Counted from the first letter of the whole stretch, positions 40,118 through 52,684 are shown. The stretch is 63,842 nt of DNA, filler included, from Atractiella rhizophila (GCA_021432655.1; 42 parts of 42 records of this genome joined end to end with filler, not necessarily neighbours in it), one strand, 5' to 3'. Numbers and translations: made by a program. Notes: generated from the sequence alone by a model not told the origin.

Positions 40118-40864
40118 GTCATAGAATTCAACACACGTCAAGATCTTATCAATGCTCTTCGACTCTTCCTCCTTCGGCTGATCCATCCTTTGACCCCAGC
40201 AGCAGCTGCCGCAGATTGATCGGTCTATGGTATGTCCACCTTCAATTCAAGATAGTCATTGATGTATCTCCCAGATTTGTGATTACACGCTCTTCCGTTG
40301 CCCATTCAACTCATGGATGGATGAAAGGGAGTACGAAGACCTCATCCGCTGCCACCCTGATTGGCAAACGAGCGGGAAACCACGCTACGACGATGTAATA
40401 ATCAGAAATGAAGACTGCACTATCTCTTTTGGGCAACTAGTCCGTTTGTTTTCTTGTTGTGTGGATGGGCGGGAGTTCCAGCTGTTATTACTTCGTGAAT
40501 ACCAGTGGATTGGAAGGCACCGTTTGTCAGGGATGCCTTTCATCAAAGAACAGGAGGTATTCAGATTCCATCTTCCCACTAGTATTGTTCGCAGTTGCTA
40601 TGTTCAACCAGATCCCTTTGACGATGGTTTCTACCATGTCAATGATATATTGACTTGAAGTACATGCTTGTGTCGTAAAAATTACATTTTTCAGTCTCAT
40701 TAATGATCAGTACCTAACCAGGACCCATCAGATCATGCGTAGTCTATCATTCAGTCATCAGGCTTGACCATTCCTCTGTAGGTAGTGATCAGTACCCGTT
40801 CCCGTCCCCTCAGACGTCAGGGGCCGTCAGGAAATGATCAGTCATTAAAGCTTTTCATGATATG
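40118..40864 (+). mobile_element. Plavaka-like (CACTA/Mirage-related) transposase C-terminus and right terminus
   Basis: EDLIRCHPDW..GKPRYDDVII, SFGQLVRLF, SIVRSCYVQP, YHVND; followed by TGATCAG repeats, a cccct..gacgtc..agggg palindrome and the terminus. Confidence 0.65.
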
Positions 40865-41520
40865 TACACTTCCCACTTTTGTTCCCCTACGGCGAGCAAG
40901 GTTGGCACGCATACATCCCCCTCAGTATGGAGATCTGCTTCTATGGGGTCCACGAGAAGAATATCGAAACAATGAAGGACGAATAGTTGGTAATATGGGG
41001 GAACAGAAACACGTTACTCAGATGAACTATTACTCTAACCTGCTTCACCTAAAGAAGGATACATTCTCTCTAATTCACCATGGTGGCCGGCTGTTTCAAG
41101 AATTGGTTTGTGATGCTTATGCTCAGATAGAGAGTGGACGATTGAGGTTCCTGAGGTACAATCGAGAACTTCTCCAAACTGAGTCTTATGCTGGACTTGG
41201 CGATGCATTAGAAGATGGTCGAGATGCCGCAGATGTTGGGAAGCGGACCATTCTACCATCATCACACACAGGAAGTCCCCGCCAGATGAACCAGCAATTC
41301 CAAGATGCTATGGCGATTGTTGGGAACCAAGGTTCACCTCCTATCTTCACAACTTTCACTTGCAATCCACGGTGGCCAGAAATTACAGAAGCTCTACTTC
41401 CTGGGCAAACAGCTGCTGATCGACCAGACTTGGTCTCTAGAGTTTTCAATGCAAAGGTGAAGGCTTACATGCAGGACATCAAGGATAACTCAATCTTTGG
41501 ACCGTTGGTCAGCTTCGTCT
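40865..41520 (+). mobile_element. Helitron RepHel fragment
   Basis: HFPLLFPYGEQGW, GGRLFQELVCDAYAQIESGRL, ILPSSHTGSPRQM, FTTFTCNPRWPEI, DRPDLVSRVF. Confidence 0.95.
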
Positions 41521-41755
41521 NNNNNNNNNNNNNNNNNNNNNNNNNNNNNNNNNNNNNNNNNNNNTTAATTAATTAANNNNNNNNNNNNNNNNNNNNNNNN
41601 NNNNNNNNNNNNNNNNNNNNGGCGAATGACACTGCTGCTGCTTGCTTGAAGTAGTCGTCGCTCACTTTGCCCTTTTCTCTGTCCACTCATCATCTTGCAT
41701 CATCTTATCCTGATCATTCAATGATCATTCAAGAGTAGAAGGAGCAGCGTAAGAT

Positions 41756-42007
41756 ATGGCAGCACCGACGAGTTGTCCTGGCTTCAACACGCCCAAGTGT
41801 AAAGGTCTGCTGCCAGATGGAGCAGCGAGGTGTCCAACCTGTTTGAAGCAGGGCGTGACGAGCAGGTGGTGTTCCAAAGGTGGGTCTTTGACATCCCAGC
41901 GTTTTGCATTCGAGAAGGCTGATGAAATTGTTGCTCTCCAGAGTGCTTTGCTGATAATTGTGCGTCTCCTCTCTTTAGATTAATCTACGGCTGATTCTGT
42001 TACAGTC
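41756..42007 (+). CDS. MYND-like C6H2 zinc-finger N-terminus (MetAP1-type), truncated
   Basis: CPGFNTPKC...RCPTCLKQG...WCSK|ECFADN across two introns; the frame is lost afterwards. Confidence 0.5.
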
Positions 42008-43608
42008 GTGAGTGATTTGATCTCTATTTAGGCTATATCATCTCGATTTATGTTTCTTTTCTTAATCTGATTAACTCGTTGAACAAAGGATTCCTAATAA
42101 AACAGGAATACAGCTTATGTCTTTTCTTTGTAGTCAAGAAAGGCATCTCCCGCTCAACCAAGAGCATGATGTCAGTGTTGTTTGAAACACTTTTACCTTC
42201 AAACACCGCACTGCATTCCGCAAATTCACGTTGTGAGATGTTCCTATGCAATCATTTCATCCACAGCTTTTAATGATTCAAGCAAAGGAGCAAATACTTT
42301 ATTTGGGTGTTTTTCGCCTAAATATAAAGCGAGAGCCTAGCTGTAGTGTATGTATGCCTAAATGTCCTGGTATCTCTCACCGCCATAAAACATATTTCTC
42401 AACATCGCCGTCTCAAAAAGTGGCACAGCTCTAACGTTATCGAATCTTGAAATATCGATTTGTAATGATCTCTGCGTGTGATTATTCTAGCAGGTTGCAC
42501 ACAATTTTTCAATCGTTCGAGTTTTTTGATAGGTCCATCAAAGGCATTTTCGACTTATATTAGTCGCACTGTTTCAAGTTCCGGAGCAGTGCTTTCTTCA
42601 AATTCTCTCCTCTTCTCTGTTGCAGTTGCAAAGGAGTGTGTGGCCAGGCAAGGAAGTCACTGTTGTTCTCCCTACGTTTGAGTGTCGAGTTCTAAACGAG
42701 ATTTTTCTATCTCAGCTGAACCAAATAGCTTTACGAGATCATTACCACCCAACTCCTGAAAGCGACATTCTCATTTTCACTGACATCTGTTGAACTAGCC
42801 AAAACACAAATTGCTACACAAAGGTGGGTAAATCTCATTCGACAGGCAGCACCTCTCACCGTGTTCCATCCTTCAAGCGCACGACCCATACCCGAAAAAA
42901 GCATACACCGGAACACTCCGAGCTTCCTTCCCAGCATCCGTTCGTTCAGTGCCATCAGACATCCAACAACGACAGGTGCCCGCTCACATCCCTAAACCAG
43001 ACTATGCAGAATCAGGTGCGTCNNNNNNNNNNNNNNNNNNNNNNNNNNNNNNNNNNNNNNNNNNNNTTAATTAATTAANNNNNNNNNNNNNNNNNNNNNN
43101 NNNNNNNNNNNNNNNNNNNNNNCCTCATTATTCGCTAGCTCCTGACCAGGATCTTCTTCTTCGACCTCAAAGATAACGGAGAGCATAGCTTGACGCATGG
43201 TCACGAAGGAATCAGTCTTTCATCGTCAATGTGACCGAGATGTCGAAGGGATTTGGAGACAGTGGGGTGTATTCGATGGAGTGGACAACCAATGAAGGCA
43301 TTGTCAGCATCGAAAGTCGTGAGATTGGCATCGTAATAGAGCCCCCCAAGACTCCTTATAGTCGCAGGATTGACGTTTGTGTTGTCTCCACTGAGTGTCG
43401 ATATCTGGCTAACCCTGAGAACCAGAAAGATGGTAATAGAGAGAAGACATACCCGTTTGAGGATGTCACGGCTTCGGAGCACATTCCATATGACAAGACT
43501 AGATGGGACAGCTGAATGTCGACCGAGGAGTTGGGGAAACGTAGCAAGCGGATCTCTCAACGAGCTTGATCAGATATCTAACATGGAAATGAGAGCTGAG
43601 ATAGTTTA

Positions 43609-44522
43609 CCTTGATGTTCCACATGGCGTCTATCCAAATGGCAAAGACGGCCATGAATGAGTACTGCATACCTTTGGGAGTCCAAGAATCCCAAGTAAGT
43701 GCAATTCGATTTTTGACGAACTAAGCGGGAGGACTCAGCATTGAAAACACCAGCGACTTAAGTAAAACACACCTTTAACTCATCCATAAGTCTGTCCCTC
43801 CCAATTTTGTACAGGCGGCTAATATCAACTCGGAGAGTCATGGCAGAAGGCAGAACAAATCCAGGTTGAAGGAGAGAAATCAAACGTTGGAGGAACTCAT
43901 TCTTGACGGAGTTGAGGGAGATGTCGGCAGTTACAATGAATAAGCCAAATGTCTTGCGAAATTCAATGGGATTGAAAGCAAGCTGTTCTGCTGCAGCCAG
44001 GCTATTCACAATAGAGCCTTTCTTCAGCTTGGGATCAGGCTTCTTTGGCGCACAGTTGAGCTTCTGAACAGCCGTCGAGTAACAGTGCCGGCAGCACTGG
44101 ATGTGTTTGTTCAAGTTTCCGTTGTCCCTTTCTCGATGATTATCTTTACACTGACAGACAAATATCAGTACTGAAATTAGTGAAGACTATAAAACAGAGC
44201 AAGCGGTGATCGCACCTGCAAAAGATACACTCGTACTCAATCTTTGGAACCATTTTACCTTTCGCCTCGCTGAATCCATTGAACTGGCCGAGTTCCTAGA
44301 TGAGTAACCCGGGCATCCCACTTAGCAAAAAGCATCAAACATAAGGAGGATGCGAACCTTATACCACTCATAGTACTTTCCCCTCTGCTTTGAAGGAAAT
44401 GACGGGATGTTATCATCGGATCCCTCAGCATCCACAGATTCCGTATCGAGACATGCCTGCAGATCTTCCTCCTCGCGAGCGAGAGCACTTCAATGATGAC
44501 GGCATGCAAGTTGATAATTCTG
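43609..44522 (-). mobile_element. hAT transposase, N-terminal half (BED-like finger to first catalytic Asp)
   Basis: YECIFC...NLNKH, LLQPGFVLPSAMTLR, IALTWDSWTPKGMQYSFMAVFAIWID. Confidence 0.85.
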
Positions 44523-45303
44523 NNNNNNNNNNNNNNNNNNNNNNNNNNNNNNNNNNNNNNNNNNNNTTAATTAATTAANNNNNNNNNNNNNNNNNNNNNN
44601 NNNNNNNNNNNNNNNNNNNNNNATTCGAAAGTTCTTGGACGGTATCTACGTCTCGGAGAGGACCAACGTGATCACGGAGTGATTTCGTTGCGTTGTAGAG
44701 GAGGAGAGATGGAGGGGCTATGTTTTTCATGCAAAATTTCCATGCACGAGTTTATTCATGCCACTGTGAGCCTGCCGTTCCCTGTTGAGTTGATGACGTT
44801 GCGTGAGAACCCTTGATTTCTAATGATCAAGTACTTCTCCCATCAGATCACAATGACCGTTATACATCTTTGTTCTCATCAGGATGATGCTCTGCATGCC
44901 AGGCACCAACTCTTAGCTGTTGCGCACACGCGATCGAGGTCATCCAAATTACATTTAATGCCGTGTTTCAGGTGGCATGACCTTCAACAGGTTTATCCAA
45001 GCAATACCATACCTTCCTCCCAATTTCGAGATACTTTCCTTTACAGTTTAGAGTCCATATATTTGCAAGTCTTGAACCAGGCACAAAGGCAAAAGGCAAT
45101 TTGTCTTGCCAGATAACATGTGCACTCAGTATCCAGGGTAACAGGTCCACTGTGAATGTGATTGGAAGCTTCTTAAGTTGCAGGAGTAGAATTTGTCGAT
45201 TTATCAGCCATTTTGATTTATCTTGTAAACCTTTTGTGAGTTAGAACTTGAAACGCCTGTGTGCATTGATTTATTTCTTATTGCGACGTCATTGATAAGT
45301 GTG

Positions 45304-46019
45304 TCAAGCCTTGTCAATGCCTTGTTTTGCATGTCCGTAGCCAATGAGAAGCGCTTGGGCGGCTTTATGTAGAGCAAATGGCTGGCGTTTCAGATATGCT
45401 CTCGTCAAACCTACAATATTGTTGGTCTCTGCCTCCTTCCACTCTTCCAAGGAGATAGTTGCGTAAGGATGAGCATTGAATCTGTGATAATGCGCTTCCT
45501 TTCCTCGTCCATGAAAATCCAAAAGGACCTCCGTAGCTACTGCTGTACAGTCCTGTACAATCTTCTCCATCGATTCGAGGAATTTACGGTTCGGATCGTT
45601 AAGTCCAACAGGAGGTTGCTCTCCTGAGCCGAGAGACACCAAGCAACCGATCTCGGAATCTTGACCCCAGATCCTCTTTGTTTCTGCCATCGCCTCTTTC
45701 GTGGGATTGCTGCAGTGCGATGACAATCCCCCATCGACGTATACCGTGTTGTCAAAGGTGATAGGAGGAAATAAAGCAGTCGCAGTCGTGGCTCTAGCTG
45801 CTTGCCAAATGGAGTGCGAGAATGCTGGTAGGAGGACAGGTTGAGTGACTCTGTAGCTACGCAAATTCGTCGAAACTGTGAGGTCGGCACCATAGGTGCT
45901 GGTCACGAAAACGCGACACCTGGAATCCAGCTGTGGATCCCTCATTGGAGTGTCTGGAGATTGGTCTGGGCCATATTGTTGTACTATCTGTTTCAAAGCA
46001 TCTTCGAAACTTTGTCCGT
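45304..46019 (-). CDS. Patatin-like phospholipase, C-terminal half
   Basis: CRVFV, IWQAARATTA, YVDGGL, NP, CLVSLGSG, YHRFN; ends in a stop at 45304. Confidence 0.92.
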
Positions 46020-46119
46020 NNNNNNNNNNNNNNNNNNNNNNNNNNNNNNNNNNNNNNNNNNNNTTAATTAATTAANNNNNNNNNNNNNNNNNNNNNNNNN
46101 NNNNNNNNNNNNNNNNNNN

Positions 46120-47514
46120 AAAAGATATCCATTCGCATCTGACTACTCACTAAGTGAACCACTACTTTCTCTTCCCTGCTTCAATATGCAACCTTTCTTT
46201 TGTCAAAACCCAGTTCATCTTTTCCTCTACCCATGTCATTGCCATAAAAACTCGCATGTTGACCATCTCCACCGATGGATCAACATCTGGCACTTTCCCA
46301 TCCTTGATATCCATGAAAAACTTCTTTACCGCATTCTCGTCTATGCTCCACTTCCCCAACATTGCGTAAGTTGGTCTTGGGCAGTGGGTACAGAACTTTG
46401 GACCAATGCATAAAGTTGTCGTCACAGACATCGCGCTTGTAGTTGTTTGTATTCTTCTCACCATACCCATCCTTTGCTTCTTGCATCGACCACAAGTCTT
46501 TACAGCTCCAAGGTTGCCCTTCTTTGTTGGCTTCAAGTATGTCACTTTCACTGGTGGAGGGAGTGTCGTTTGTAGTTTCCAGAATGGTTTGATGGCTGCT
46601 CAACACTGTTAGTAAATTCCTTTTCTTATCAATAAAAATGTTCAAACTTACAATCTCCTCTAGCTACTCTCTGAATACGACTAGCAATCTCCTTCTCAAT
46701 TGTGAATAAATTTTGAGCACCAAACCGCCGCAAATGATTTTGTCATTCGGAATACCCTTCTCTGCATTGTAATACACAGGGTTCAAGATAAGCTGGGAGT
46801 TATGATAGTTCTCAGCAAACAACTTCAGCTGCTTCTCCGTCGTTGAAGAAGTAGCTTTGAACTGGAGTCGGCAGGCTGCAAGCTTCCAGAAGGCATCAGA
46901 GTACATTTGAATTGTACTCTTCTCCTGAAAATCTGCAAACGTAGTGCCTGTTGCTGAAGTAAAGGTCTGTGATGTTCCAGATTGGGAGACATTCGCAGGC
47001 AGAGGAACTGGTGGAGGTTGTGTTTCCACATCCATACTTGTGGAAGATAGGGACTGGTTCGATTTTATAAAGTTGCAAAAGGAAGGTAGCGGAGGTGGCT
47101 TGATATCTGGCTCCAAAAGTTCTTGATTTAGATGAGGGCGTTTGGAGGAGATGGCGAGCGTAGTAGTGGCATCATCCTCACTATCCAATTGGGTCGCCAT
47201 GTGCTTTTCAGGCAAGCAAGATGAACTGATCGCAGAATGTTGTAAAGCAGTATCCTCGGGTTTCTATAACGGCTCAATATGAATATATTCTCATGTTGAG
47301 AAGACTGGGAAAGAGAAGACTCACAGCCTTCGGAAACACCTCCATTTCAACATCAGAGTCCACAGGAAGCTCACCATTCATAACAACCGTTCCATTCATG
47401 ATAGCCATAACAATCACTCCGGGGTGTTCGATATCATCTGGTTTGAGAGTTTGGAGGAGCTCCTTTCGCTTCGCTTTATAGCGATCTAGGTCAACTCCTG
47501 TAAATCTAAACTCA
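46120..47514 (-). CDS. Hypothetical protein, multi-exon or degenerate
   Basis: ORFs 46664-47215 and 46162-46551 on the same strand; a CxxC motif is present. Confidence 0.35.
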
Positions 47515-49907
47515 NNNNNNNNNNNNNNNNNNNNNNNNNNNNNNNNNNNNNNNNNNNNTTAATTAATTAANNNNNNNNNNNNNNNNNNNNNNNNNNNNNN
47601 NNNNNNNNNNNNNNGGTGTTGCAGGCCACCGGTATTGTCGATATGGATGGAAATCTTTTGGTGGATCCTCAGGTATTGTCAGCCTAAAATCCCATAGGTC
47701 TCCTGCATTCCGGGATTTTTGGTTCTCATTGCGTTGTCAGCAAACCTCAATCGTGGAGAACAAATTGTTTTTCACGGAATTGGCACAAAGAGCAACAACT
47801 CCATCTAAACACAAGGAATATCGAACGTTGAAGTATAAAAGCACTCGAGTCCTTTAACTTTTGAGCCCTTGCCAGCCATGAATGGCTTGAACGTATGCCC
47901 ATGCAACGATAGCTATCAGATAGCTGTAAACTCGGGAATAGCACTTTGAGCGTTCTTTGACAATCACAGAGCTGAATTACTTCTCAATAGTTGAGAAGTA
48001 TTCAACATCATCTCCTCCAATACCACCCGGGGTAATACAAGAGCTATGCGACAGCAAAGGAGGACCAACTCGACTCACATTACCGTTGCCCACCTCTAGA
48101 GGAGCCGGGTTAATCGTTGGCTTGCACTTCAGGAGAGCGTAGTCCAGCCCGGCTTTTGGGTATAGTTGGTCCTGTTTCATCGCCGCCATCGTTCGTCTGG
48201 TGTAGAGCAAAATGTGAGCATCTTCTCTTCTGGAGGCCTATGTGCGAGCCCTGTGAATAAGAAGGATATTGGGTTTTCCTCAGAGTCGGTGTGTTACGAT
48301 GATGTTAAACCTAAAGACTATTCGAATTTTGCCGAAAGGCACCAAAGTCCTTTAGTTTGTTCTCGCGTGGGGCATCGTTCTCAAGAGTAACTCGAGATTC
48401 TGACCATCCAAATGACAGAAAGACTGGCAACAGCTCGCTCTGAGCCCAATTTCACTTTTGGACAATCAGTCATAAAAGATAAAGCTACCAAGCTTCACGC
48501 TCATGCTGATACCTTGTTCTTGAGACAGAAAAATTGATCCCATAGCTGGAAGATATTCAATGTAATTTATTCTGAGCAATGCGAGAACATGGGGAGATGT
48601 TTCTGTATTAACAATAGATGCTCACATAAGAACCATACTCAAATTGAAGAGCGCCGCACTAGTAGACCCCAAGGATCCCACATCACCATTTTCCCTTTCC
48701 TCTGTAACCCAGACATGTCCCAGACGCAGTACGTACGCGAGAGGAACGATGACGTTTGCCCACTCAATCCCAGCCAACCACATTGCCACAACCACTTCCC
48801 GCGTGAACCTATATACCCATAAATTATGCTTAACCGTCTCAAGAGCTCAGCTGGACTACGCTCTGCCGAGGTCCAAACCCATGGATCTCGTTCAGAAGTG
48901 GGGGATGACAACGAGGAGACGTATGTGCGACCGCCTGAGTTTGATATGGATTTCGTGAACAAGGAGGATATCGAGGTATTTAGAAAGGTGTGCATTCCTT
49001 TGGAAGTAANNNNNNNNNNNNNNNNNNNNNNNNNNNNNNNNNNNNNNNNNNNNTTAATTAATTAANNNNNNNNNNNNNNNNNNNNNNNNNNNNNNNNNNN
49101 NNNNNNNNNGGGTTGTTGTTCGCTCAACTCCTTGCGAGAGCTTTCTAGGTGCAAGAGCATATGGGTATAGGTAAGTATTAGAAGGGTCTTCGCTGTAATG
49201 TACATCTAGGGAAATGTCCAGAACAAGTTTGGCCCTTCACATATTGGACGTGAGGCCGCGTAAGGCAAGGTATTTTTTCCGTTGCGTACTTGTTCTTACT
49301 TCCGTTATCTCATCTCCAGGACCAAAGGACCAAAGTTCAGGTTCTCCTGAAACAAAAGCAGTAGTTATGTGGTGCACGATTAGGCCTGGCGATGCAAGAA
49401 GACACAATATATAACTCCAATATATAACTCCAAAACCTGGTGTTACGCAGAGAAAGCAAAAGCAACGGACGTGAACACGCGCCGTTTGGCCTGGTGCTTT
49501 CAGTTACGAGGTAGCAACGCGAGCACACGCTGATTTTCGTCTCTTCCGCTACAGAGAGAAGGTAGGTGTAAACACAAATGTTGAGCTTCATGACGCGACA
49601 AGAAAGAACTTTTGAAAACTTTACGTGATTCTTTAAAAAAAAGCTCTGCCTGAAAGCCCCTCGACATCCGCTTCACTTTCTGTGGAGGTCCAGTCCTTTG
49701 CGATTCTGATCAGTTACCTCCGTTTGTCCTTAGAAAAGTTATTATACCATTGGCTCAATCAAGTTCAATATGAACATGATCGAAAATTTGATTTGTCGGA
49801 TATTTGGTTCCGCTTACCCTTTCTGATCTGATCACATGACTGTGACTTTTTTCCAACACCTTTAGGCAGCGTTGATAAGATCTGCATTCTGATATAAGGA
49901 GGAGAGG

Positions 49908-50503
49908 ATGTCGTCGTCGAAGAGATGTATTCTTGTAGCCGTTGGGTGAGCACTACTTTTGTCCTCTCATTGCGACATTTGCTGATCAAGCTTTGATGTC
50001 GCATCCTAGCGGGCCTAGTTGCAGGTGTGTTTCTCATATTTGAGTGTCCAGTCATTGAATATCTGCTGTGATAGTGGAAAGACTACGTACCTCTTCCTCT
50101 CTTCCAAGGAGCTTCAGGTCACGATTGGTGCGGTTTGTGCCATTCTTCAGGTTGAGCAAGCATCTCGCTCGAATAATTCCTAACTGCCAAATACTGCATC
50201 AAGACGACTTCGCACCAGTATATCTCCCGCTTTCTCCCATCTTAGGCTTGGTTCACATATCTAATGCAAGTAATAGCCTGCCGACAAGCTTCCCATCCAT
50301 CCCATCCTGAATGTCGCCGACTGGGATCATCCAGATGGCGCGTACGTCCAATGTCCATCGAGAGGGAGTCTCTCGATGTCAGTTTTGATACTGACGGGTG
50401 TCTCATTCTTAGAATCGAATGGCCGCGTATGCGATCTACACTCAAAGAGTTAAAGGAGAGTGGCCAATTCCCAGACAATCACAAGTCACACGACTACTGT
50501 GCG
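49908..50503 (+). CDS. NRK1: Nicotinamide riboside kinase, 5' part, with microexons
   Basis: Spliced product MSSSKRCILVAVGGPSCSGKTTLSKHLARIIPNCQILHQDDFAPPADKLPIHP..VADWDHPDGAIEWPRM. Confidence 0.88.
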
Positions 50504-50603
50504 NNNNNNNNNNNNNNNNNNNNNNNNNNNNNNNNNNNNNNNNNNNNTTAATTAATTAANNNNNNNNNNNNNNNNNNNNNNNNNNNNNNNNNNNNNNNNN
50601 NNN

Positions 50604-51996
50604 TATCATGAGTATGCCAGAGCCGACAAACCCAGCTGAAATGCTCAGGTTCCTCATCCTCATCACAGCTGGCGCCGGAGGACTCCAAAACCTCGTCCTC
50701 AACTTCGCGAAAATTACACATTGGCTTCGTCCCCTCGCACTCGCTGCACCTCTGACTCCAGCAGACAAGCTTCCAGATGGAACAAACAAGCCGGGGGCTA
50801 TCAAGCCGGCACTGGGGCGTTTCCTCCTGGGTGGAGGTAACCGACGAGCACAGACATGCTATAAGCTCCCTAAAGCTTGCGTTATGCAGCGATCCCATCT
50901 TACGCTCTCCGCACTTTGATCCAGATTCAGAATTCGTTGTCCGATCAGATGCGTGTCAGCACGGTTTCGCAACCACACTCAGCTGACGATTCGATGACGG
51001 CATCATCCATCCAGTTGGATACGCATCCCAAAAGACAACACCCAGCGAATTGCTCATTCAGCCCCGCTGCTTGAACTAGCAGGTCTCAAATATAGCTTAG
51101 ACTATTGGAGACGTGACCCTGGGATTTCCAAGTGTCGTCAAAACCGATTGTCGCTCACTCCTAACCATACTCAAAAATGAGAAGTTGAGTCCTGTGCATG
51201 AGCAATGGAGGCAATGTCTATTAACCCACAACATCTGCCGTATTGAACGCGTCTCAGGTAGTATGAACTATTGCTGCGATATAATGTACCGAGCACCTGT
51301 GGGAGAAGATGGGAAGGAGACATCGGAATCATGGATGAGACAGAGACAGAAGGGTTAAGCGGTTGGGACGATTGCACACTTCACACCGGCTCTGCAACCA
51401 TCGACGAACGGGTTTCTGGAGAACACAAACCACATCTACCTTGAGCGATGCAGGAAAAAATGCACCCGCAGAGGAAATCGACGCGAGCAGCACCTGGGCC
51501 CTCAGGTTGGAAGAAGACATAAACTCCCTCAACCGAGACAAGATTAGAAGCCACGACTTCATGTCTACGGAGCTATTCCACGGACGGAACCCATTGGACT
51601 GGCGCACACTTATGCCGGAGGATGTGAGGTACCTGGTCAAGGGTGAAAAGGAACCAACAAGAAAGGATGTCGAGGTATATCTGGGACAGTTGGAGGCAAA
51701 AAGGAACAAGCATTCATTAATAGGGTCAAGTACACGGCAAAGATGAAGGAAAATTTCGATAAACATGCGAACCCAGTTGAATTCAAGGTGAATGATCTCA
51801 TCATGGTGCTGGACAGCACTATCCACACACAACACTCGCAAAAACTCGAAGCCAGGTGGTTTGGACCATTCAAAATCGTTGTGAAAAGGGGAAATATCGA
51901 TGGAGAAGAATCAGCAAATGCACACTCTTGGGTTTGGAAACATTAACCGGAGTGAGAGCAGGTGGATATTTCCACAACCAACACCTTAAATGCTTT
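50604..51996 (+). mobile_element. Degenerate Ty3/gypsy pol, copy 2
   Basis: Highly similar to the reverse complement of 28030-29419. Confidence 0.92.
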
Positions 51997-52096
51997 NNNN
52001 NNNNNNNNNNNNNNNNNNNNNNNNNNNNNNNNNNNNNNNNTTAATTAATTAANNNNNNNNNNNNNNNNNNNNNNNNNNNNNNNNNNNNNNNNNNNN

Positions 52097-52684
52097 CCAA
52101 GCCGTCAGTCGTCCCTTTTCCTCATCTCAAATTTCTCTGATCCTAAAGAAATCGTTCCGTGGACAGTAAATCAACTGTCAAACCGAAAGCGAGCGCCAAG
52201 CCGTCAGCCATCCCTTTCTTCTCCTGCATATCCCCTTATACTAACAAAATTGTCCCATCAACAGTAAATCGACTCATACTGTCAAGCCTAAAGCGACCAC
52301 CAAACCGTCAGTCGTCCCCTTCAAATTTTCTCTGATACTAACGAAACGTTTCGTCAACAGTAAATCAACTGCCAAACCTAAAATGAGCGCCAAGCCGTCA
52401 GCCATCCCTTTCTCATCCTGCATTTCCCCTTATACTAATAAAATCGTCTCATCACCAGTAAATCGACTCATACTGTCAAGCCTAAAGCGGCCACCAAACC
52501 GTCAGTCCTCCCTTGTCTCACTGCATTTCTCCTATACTAACAAAATGGTTCCGTCGACAGTAAATCGACTCCTGCGGCGAAGACTCACTCCAGCAAGAGC
52601 CCCAAAACGACTGCTGGACAGGCTAAGGGACAGATGAGGAGGAGGACGTGGAGGGCTTTGAAGGGGATGGGGAGGAACCATTAA
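52097..52684 (+). CDS. K/P/S/T-rich repeat protein, 3' end, encoded by tandem intron+microexon units
   Basis: Exons 52167-52202, 52265-52306, 52361-52396, 52459-52500 and 52561-52684; introns run GTCAG...branch point...CAG, all in the same phase. Confidence 0.82.

Noticed and set aside
43123..43560. Possible copia RT remnant (ATIRSLGGL...TFDADNAF)
   Set aside because: Similarity too weak to call without a search.
49337..49591. ORF starting MKLNI, like ribosomal protein S6
   Set aside because: No further RPS6 motifs in any frame or plausible splice form.
52097..52570. CRISPR-like repeat/spacer appearance
   Set aside because: The 'spacers' are mutually homologous introns with GT, branch point and AG; the host is eukaryotic and no cas genes are present.
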